Shown piece after piece: positions 54,238 through 60,472 of a stretch of DNA of 60,472 nucleotides (position 1 is its first letter; the number at the start of each line of letters is the position of its first letter). The position numbers and the translations under genes are program-made. The stretch covers positions 1 through 60,472 of the forward strand of contig JANMLN010000145.1 in the NCBI GenBank assembly GCA_031372565.1, read 5' to 3'. Source of the DNA: Gemmatimonadota bacterium (GTDB lineage Bacteria; Gemmatimonadota; Gemmatimonadetes; Gemmatimonadales; Gemmatimonadaceae). The notes below the pieces were generated by a model. It did not search any database and was not told the DNA's origin. It saw only the letters and a list, made by a program, of their open reading frames with translations.

Positions 54238-55833
54238 ATGATCTATGCGTTCGCAGGTTTCGAGTTCGACACGGATCGACACGAGTTGCGCGCTGCGGGT
54301 ATCCACGTCCCGGCGGAGCGGCAAGTCATTGCCTTGTTGAGACTCCTTGTCGAGAATCGCGTGCGCACGGTCACGAGGGACGAGATCATCGCCGCAGTCT
54401 GGAAGGGTCGGATCATCTCGGACTCGGCGATCTCGAGCCGGATCAAGTCGCTTCGGCACTGCCTTGGCGATGATGGTCGTGCGCAGCGCGTCGTCCGCAC
54501 CGTGCACGGCATCGGCTTCCGCTTTGTGGCCGACGTGACGGTGCGTGAGGCGATCTCGTTTCCGCCGGCGCTGCCGTCGCCCGATGCCACGCCGAGTCCG
54601 CAGGCACGGCCGAGCATCGCGATCCTGCCGTTCCACGGCCTTGGCGTGTCCTCAGCCGTGTCGTTGATCGTCGAGGCGTTGCCCTCGGACCTGATCACGG
54701 CGCTGTCGCGCCTGCACTGGTTGTTCGTCATCGCACGCGGCTCGTCGTTCCGCTTCCGGGCACCAGACACGAATCTCGACGACGTGCGCGCCGCCTTGAA
54801 CGTGCGGTATTGCCTCGCCGGTATCGTCGAGATCAGTGGTGGCACACTGTCGATCTCCGTCGAGCTGAGTGACACCGGTGATCGTGGCATTGTCTGGGCT
54901 GATCAATTTCGTGGCTCGATCGATGCCGTCCATGAGATTCGGGAACGCATCATCGCCGCTGTCACGAGTGCGATCGAGGTGCGGATTCCAGACCACGAGG
55001 CACAGCGCGCGCTGCTCCGGTCTCCCGAGCAGCTCGATGCGTGGTCGGCGTATCACCTCGGGCTGCGACACATGTATCGGTTCAACCGGTCCGATAATGA
55101 AATCGCGGCGGGCCTGTTCACGCGCGCGATCGGACTGGAGCCGGAGTTTGCACGCGCCTATGCCGGTTTGTCATTCACGCACTTTCAGACCGCGTTCCTG
55201 CGTTACGAGAACGATTCGGACTCGGCACGCCGGGCCGAGCGGTATGCTGCCGCATGTCTGGAGCGCGATCCGCTCGATCCGTTCGGACACTTCACGATGG
55301 GACGAGCGCTGTGGCTCAATGATGATCTCGAAGGCAGTCTCCCGTGGCTGGCACAGGCCAACGCGCTGAATCCGAACTACGCGCAAGCACGGTACTCGAC
55401 GGGATGGGCTGAGGCGCTGCTGGGGAGCGCAGATGCCAGTCACCGCAACATCGACGCGGCCATCACCTTGAGTCCGCTCGATCCGCTCGTCTACGGGATG
55501 CTGGGTGTCCGAGCCCTGTCGAGCCTGACGCTCGACGACGCGCCGCAGGCGGCGCAGTGGGCCGAGCGTGCGGCACGCGCGCCAGGGGCCCATCCGCTGA
55601 TCGAGATGATTGCGGCAGCCGCACATGGTCTGAACGGTGACCACGCCGTCGCTCGTCGCTGGGCCGCGTCCGCGCGTGCGAGAGCGAGCTATCTCGATAT
55701 CTCCGATTTCCTCCGTGCGTTCCCGTTTCGTGATTCACCGACACGGGTGCGGGTCTCTGGAATGCTGACGCGCCTTGGTTTCCAGCCGCGAGCCGCGGCG
55801 CGCGGCGCGCGCGCGCCAACAGACGCAACCTGA
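54238..55833 (+). CDS. CadC/OmpR-type winged-helix regulator with TolB-like N domain and TPR repeats
   Basis: IYAFAGFEFDT.R.EL...VTRDEII..VW.GRIISDSAISSRIK.LR..LGDDG..Q...RTVHG.GFRF; PSIAILPF, LFVIARGSSF; TPRs. Confidence 0.93.
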   Translation: MIYAFAGFEFDTDRHELRAAGIHVPAERQVIALLRLLVENRVRTVTRDEIIAAVWKGRIISDSAISSRIKSLRHCLGDDGRAQRVVRTVHGIGFRFVADVTVREAISFPPALPSPDATPSPQARPSIAILPFHGLGVSSAVSLIVEALPSDLITALSRLHWLFVIARGSSFRFRAPDTNLDDVRAALNVRYCLAGIVEISGGTLSISVELSDTGDRGIVWADQFRGSIDAVHEIRERIIAAVTSAIEVRIPDHEAQRALLRSPEQLDAWSAYHLGLRHMYRFNRSDNEIAAGLFTRAIGLEPEFARAYAGLSFTHFQTAFLRYENDSDSARRAERYAAACLERDPLDPFGHFTMGRALWLNDDLEGSLPWLAQANALNPNYAQARYSTGWAEALLGSADASHRNIDAAITLSPLDPLVYGMLGVRALSSLTLDDAPQAAQWAERAARAPGAHPLIEMIAAAAHGLNGDHAVARRWAASARARASYLDISDFLRAFPFRDSPTRVRVSGMLTRLGFQPRAAARGARAPTDAT

Positions 55834-55869
55834 GGCAGCGCGTCTCGTACGGCGATCACAGGCTCCGAC

Positions 55870-57188
55870 GGATCGAACCGTGCGAAATGCCTCATCAGGG
55901 TCGCGAATGTCCCGCTCACACGCCCGACCGATGGCGTGCTTCGTAGCGACAGCCATCGGATGTACGTCCGTGATTCGGTCAGCTTCACGTCGTCCATGGC
56001 ATGGACGGGCGCGACGCCGGTGAGCAACCCCTACCTCGTGTCCCCGGACGCCAAACTGCAGGCGTCCGGTCTGACACTGACGCGCCGCGACGCTCCCGTT
56101 CGCCGTGGTACCCGGATTGCGCTGCGGGAAGACCCGGTGAGTTTCACGAGCGGTGGTGCACGATTCGTGGGCAAGCTGATACTGCCTGCGACGGGAACGG
56201 GACCGTTCCCGGTCGTGGTGTACGTCCACGGCTCGGACAACGTGCCCTCAGTTGATCGCGTCTGGGAGCCGTACCTGCTGGCTGCAAACGGCATCGGGAT
56301 GCTGGTCTTCGACAAGCGCGGGACGGGACAGTCCGGCGGAACGTACACGCCGCTGTGCTCGACGCTGGCGAACGATGTGGTCGCTGCAGTCCGGCGGCTG
56401 CGTCAGCATCCAGCGGTTGATACCGCGCGCATCGGCTTGGCTGGTTTCAGTCAGGGCGGCTGGGTTGCCCCACTCGCTGCGTCGAAGGCTCGCGGGATTC
56501 GTTTCGTGCTCGTGAGTTACGGCATGACGATGTCGATTGCCGAGAAGACCGGCTCGAGGCGCCGCTGAAGTTGCGGGAGCGTGGCTTCAGCGTTGGTGAT
56601 ATTCGTGAATGTGAGGAGCTGAACGCCGCGATGCATCGTGCCGCTGCGCAGCGCTTTGCGGCGAGCTGGGGCGACGTGGAGGCATTGGCGACCAAGTACC
56701 GCGACCGGCGCTGGATGGCCGCGTTGCCTGAGACGCAGATCTGGGCGGGGACGATCCTTGGAATGGGGTTGGATAAAGCCAGGGTCGTGATGCCGGCGAT
56801 GCTCGAGTCGTTCGTGGATCTCTTCTACGACTCCGTCTCCACGTTGCCGTCGCTCAGTATTCCGATGCGGTGAATCGTCGCGGGTGATGATATCGAGGCG
56901 CCGCCCGGTCCGACGATCGCGGCGCTGGCGCAGCTCCGGAAGGAGGGGAAGCACGTCACGACGAGGATCTTTCCCGGCACGGACCACGGGATCACGGAGT
57001 TCGCGGTGGTTGGTGATCGTCGTGTACTGATGAGGTACGACGGGTGGTATGCCACAAGTTCCCGACGCACCAGCACGAGGACCACGCCGCCAACGTGCAT
57101 GCGGTGGTCACGCTGGATGTCCCCCTGTGAATGGGTGAGGAGACGGCGAACGCCGTTCGCGAGCCATCGCGTCCGGCGTGTTCCGTAG
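55870..57188 (+). pseudogene. Disrupted alpha/beta-hydrolase (S9/S15-like)
   Basis: P.VV.VHGS, FDKRG.G.SGG, IGLAGFSQGGW in 55936..56568; frameshift near 56545 into 56571..56873; in-frame TGA at 56871, then IVAGDDIEAP...FPGTDHG. Boundaries approximate. Confidence 0.85.
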
Positions 57189-57361
57189 TGTGATGTCCCT
57201 CCGAATTCACCCCGTTGTGCGATATCCGGACAGAACGTCGAAGCCCAGCATCCATCAATAGGGCCACCTCCGGCCCGTGAGGACGGATCGCGCGAGCGAT
57301 CACCTCCGGCGGAGCGGGCGACTTCCGGTAATTCGATGTGATGGTTCGAGCGAGCCGCGCG

Positions 57362-60300
57362 ATGCCCCACGTCCGCATGCAGCGCCGGTTGGTCGGCCTG
57401 CTCGCGGTGGCCGGACTGCTGTCGACGTCGTGCGATGTGCACGGCACGACCGGCCCCGGCTCGCTCGCCCGCATGTCCGTCACCCCAAACCCCGACACGC
57501 TCCCCATCAGCGCGAGTCGGCAGTTCGTCGCGACAGGACGGGACGCCGCGGGCGCAAGCGTGTGGATCGCCCCCACCTGGTCGGTCATTGCGGGAGGGGG
57601 CACGATTGACGGCACCGGCCGTTTCGTCGCTGGCGTGGTGCCCGGGAGCTATGCCTCGACCGTCCGGGCCGCGAGCGGTGCGATGTCCGCAACGGCGACC
57701 GTCGTCGTCACCGTCGGGCCGCTGGCGACGATCACCGTCACCCCCAATCCCGATACGCTGGCCGTCGACGGCACGCGCACCTTCACTGCGGTGGGGCGGG
57801 ACGCGGCGGGGAACCTGGTCGCGCTGGTGCCGACCTGGTCGGTGGTGGCGAGCGGCGGCACGATCGGCGTCGCGAGCGGCGTCTTCACGGCCGGCACCGT
57901 GCCGGGCGCGTACGCCAACACCGTGCGGGCGTCGAGCGGCCTGATCGCCGGCACCGCGACCGTCGTGGTGACCGCCGGCGCGCTGGCCACGATCTCCGTC
58001 ACACCCAATCCCGACACGCTGGCGATCGGCGCGACGCGGACGTTCACCGCCGTCGGGCGGGATGGCTGGGGCAACGTCGTGCCCGTGGCGCCAACGTGGA
58101 CGGTCGTCGCCGGCGGTGGCGGCATCTCGGCCGGCGGGCTGTTCACGGCGGGCCTCGTCACGGGCTCGTTCGCGAATACTGTGCGGGCATCGAGCGGGAG
58201 CATCGCCGGGAACGCGACGGTGGTCGTGACCGCCGGTGCGCTGACGACGATCACCGTCACGCCGAACCCGGACACGCTGGTCATCGGGGGGGCGCGGTTG
58301 TTCACGGCCGTCGGCACGGACATCGGCGGCAACGTCGTGCCGATCACGCCAGTGTGGTCCGTGGTGGCGGGCGGCGGCAGCATCGCGGGCAGCGGGCTGT
58401 TCACCGCGGGCACGGCGGCGGGGACGTTCCTGAATACCGTGCGCGTGGCGAGCGGCGCCGTGACAGCGACGGCGACGGTCGTGGTGATCCCCGGGCCGCT
58501 GGCCTCGATCGCCGTCACGCCGAACCCCGCGACGCTGCTGATCAACGCGACGCAATCGTTCTCGGCCGTCGGCACCGACGCCGGTGGCAACGTCGTGCCG
58601 ATCACGCCGGTGTGGTCGGTGGTGTCGGGCGGGGGGAGCATCGCGTCGGGCGGGCTGTTCACCGCAGGCGCCGTGAGCGGGACTTTCATCAACACCGTCC
58701 GGGCAACCAGTGGCGCGATCTCGGGGAACGCCACCGTGGTCGTGACGACGGGTGCGTTGGCGTCGATTACCGTGACGCCCAATCCCGGGACGCTGGCGAT
58801 CGGCGGCACGCAGCTGTTCACGGCGGTGGGCCGAGACGCCGGCGGGAACGTGGTGTCCCTCACGCCGAGCTGGTCGGTGGTCGCGAGCGGTGGCAGCATT
58901 GGCGCCGGGAGCGGGCTGTTCACGGCCGGGACGTTGGCGGGGACGTTCAGCAACACCGTCGTTGCCACGAGCGGCGTCGTCTCGGGCACGGCGACCGTCA
59001 TCGTGACGGCCGGTGCGTTGGCGACCGTGACTGTTTCGCCGAACCCCGTCACTCTCCCAATCAGCGGTACGCAACTCTTCTCGGCCGTTGGCACGGACAT
59101 TGGCGGCAACCTCGTGCCGATCACGCCGGTGTGGTCGGTGGTCGCGAGCGGTGGCAGCATTGGCGCCGGGAGCGGCTTGTTCACCGCGGGCGTGGTGAGC
59201 GGGACGTTCACCAACACCGTGCGGGCGACCAGTGGCGCGGTCTCGGGGAACGCCACCGTGATCGTGACGACGGGTGCGTTGGCGTCGATTACCGTGACGC
59301 CCAATCCGGGGACGCTGGCGATCGGCGGCACGCAGCTGTTCACGGCGGTGGGCCGAGACGCCGGCGGGGCGGTGGTCGCGATCACGCCAGTGTGGTCGGT
59401 GGTGGCAAGCGGTGGCAGTATCGGTGCCGGGAGCGGCTTGTTCACCGCGGGCACGCTCGCGGGGACGTTCACGAATACGGTGCAGGCCACGAGCGGCGCG
59501 ATCTCGGGCCGCGCCACGGCCGTCGTGACGGCCGGCGCCTTGGCGACCGTGACTGTTTCGCCGAACCCTGGCACGATGGCCATCAACGGCACGCAGCTGT
59601 TCACGGCCGTGGGCGCAGATGCCGGCGGAAACGTGGTGCCGATCACGCCCGTGTGGTCGGTGGTCGCAAGCGGTGGTAGCATCGGCGCCGGGAGCGGGCT
59701 GTTCACCGCAGGCACGTTGGCGGGGACGTTCACAAATACCGTGCAGGCCACCAGTGGCGCCGTCTCGGGCCGCGCCACGGCCGTCGTCACGGCCGGCACC
59801 CTCACGTCCGTCACGGTCTCGCCCAACCCCGGCACGATGGCCATCAACGGCACGCAGCTGTTCACGGCCGTGGGCACCGATGCCGGCGGAAACGTGGTGC
59901 CGATCACGCCGGTTTGGTCGGTGGTCGCGAGCGGCGGTTCGATCGGCGCCGGTAGTGGGCTGTTCACCGCTGGGACCCTCGTCGGCACCTTCACCAACAC
60001 CGTCGTCGCCACGAGCGGCGCCGTCTCTGGCACGGCGACGGCGATCGTGACGGCCGGCGCGCTCGCGACCGTGACCGTTTCGCCGAACCCCGGGACGATG
60101 GCCATCAGCGGCACGCAGCTGTTCACGGCGGTGGGCACGGATGCCGGCGGCAACGTCGTGCCGATCACGCCCGTGTGGTCGGTGGTCGCGAGCGGTGGCA
60201 GCATCGGCGCTGGCAGCGGGCTATTCACCGCCGGCACGCTGGCGGGGACCTTCACGAATACGGTGCAGGCCACGAGCGGTGCCGTCTCGGGCACGGCGAC

Positions 60301-60472
60301 CGCGATCGTGGCGGCCGGCGCGCTCGCGACGGTGACCGTCTCGCCGAACCCCGGCACGATGGCCATCAACGGCACGCAGCTCTTCACGGCGGTGGGCACG
60401 GACATTGGCGGCAATGTCGTGCCGATCACGCCGGTGTGGTCCGTCGTCGCAAGCGGTGGTTCGATCGGCGCA
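57362..60472 (+). CDS. Large lipoprotein adhesin with tandem Ig-like (BIg2-type) repeats, 3'-partial
   Basis: ATG 57362 MPHVRMQRRLVGLLAVAGLLSTSC (lipobox-like), then repeats GALATVTVSPNPGT.AI.GTQLFTAVG.DAGGNVVPITPVWSVVASGGSIGAGSGLFTAGT.AGTFTNTV.ATSGAVSG.AT..VT; open to the window end. Confidence 0.92.
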   Translation, partial: MPHVRMQRRLVGLLAVAGLLSTSCDVHGTTGPGSLARMSVTPNPDTLPISASRQFVATGRDAAGASVWIAPTWSVIAGGGTIDGTGRFVAGVVPGSYASTVRAASGAMSATATVVVTVGPLATITVTPNPDTLAVDGTRTFTAVGRDAAGNLVALVPTWSVVASGGTIGVASGVFTAGTVPGAYANTVRASSGLIAGTATVVVTAGALATISVTPNPDTLAIGATRTFTAVGRDGWGNVVPVAPTWTVVAGGGGISAGGLFTAGLVTGSFANTVRASSGSIAGNATVVVTAGALTTITVTPNPDTLVIGGARLFTAVGTDIGGNVVPITPVWSVVAGGGSIAGSGLFTAGTAAGTFLNTVRVASGAVTATATVVVIPGPLASIAVTPNPATLLINATQSFSAVGTDAGGNVVPITPVWSVVSGGGSIASGGLFTAGAVSGTFINTVRATSGAISGNATVVVTTGALASITVTPNPGTLAIGGTQLFTAVGRDAGGNVVSLTPSWSVVASGGSIGAGSGLFTAGTLAGTFSNTVVATSGVVSGTATVIVTAGALATVTVSPNPVTLPISGTQLFSAVGTDIGGNLVPITPVWSVVASGGSIGAGSGLFTAGVVSGTFTNTVRATSGAVSGNATVIVTTGALASITVTPNPGTLAIGGTQLFTAVGRDAGGAVVAITPVWSVVASGGSIGAGSGLFTAGTLAGTFTNTVQATSGAISGRATAVVTAGALATVTVSPNPGTMAINGTQLFTAVGADAGGNVVPITPVWSVVASGGSIGAGSGLFTAGTLAGTFTNTVQATSGAVSGRATAVVTAGTLTSVTVSPNPGTMAINGTQLFTAVGTDAGGNVVPITPVWSVVASGGSIGAGSGLFTAGTLVGTFTNTVVATSGAVSGTATAIVTAGALATVTVSPNPGTMAISGTQLFTAVGTDAGGNVVPITPVWSVVASGGSIGAGSGLFTAGTLAGTFTNTVQATSGAVSGTATAIVAAGALATVTVSPNPGTMAINGTQLFTAVGTDIGGNVVPITPVWSVVASGGSIGA
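57464..60472 (+). repeat. Tandem array of 258/261-bp coding repeats (11 complete plus 1 partial)
   Basis: V(T/S)PNP codons start at 57479, 57737, 57998, 58256, 58514, 58772, 59033, 59294, 59555, 59816, 60077 and 60338. Confidence 0.93.

Noticed and set aside
57649..60429. 926-aa minus-strand repeat ORF
   Set aside because: Antisense shadow of the + strand Ig-repeat lipoprotein, which has the signal, lipobox and Ig-like pattern.
57464..60472. CRISPR or non-coding repeat array
   Set aside because: Units are 258/261 bp, in frame, with synonymous variation and no unique spacers.

Overview
GC-rich bacterial DNA whose gene content points to Gemmatimonadota, probably Gemmatimonadaceae (inference from the PEP-CTERM protein, a Hanks kinase with a TolB-like propeller, a carboxypeptidase-regulatory-domain outer-membrane barrel and a CBM9/DUF5916 protein). 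It reads as an accessory mosaic of about 50 genes. I found no rRNA, tRNA or CRISPR array. The window opens inside an IS3-family element (left end at 141) and closes inside a large lipoprotein built of at least 12 Ig-like repeats (57362 to >60472), which the ORF track misses. Recognisable modules are an MlaE/F/D-PqiC lipid transport operon, a TolC-MFP-RND pump followed by a LytS/LytTR two-component pair, ArsR-SRPBCC, an Ntn acylase and an AAA_14/DUF4143 ATPase-nuclease. Best candidates for undescribed biology: (i) a TPR / S41 protease / TPR-paralogue operon whose protease has a degenerate PDZ carboxylate loop, divergent from a barrel protein with an unusual C-terminal helical tail; (ii) an exported heme-c plus PHM/DBH-type copper monooxygenase fusion with all six Cu ligands; (iii) the Ig-repeat adhesin with higher-order duplications. 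At least five gene remnants record deletions or insertions. All family assignments come from motif recognition by eye, not database searches.
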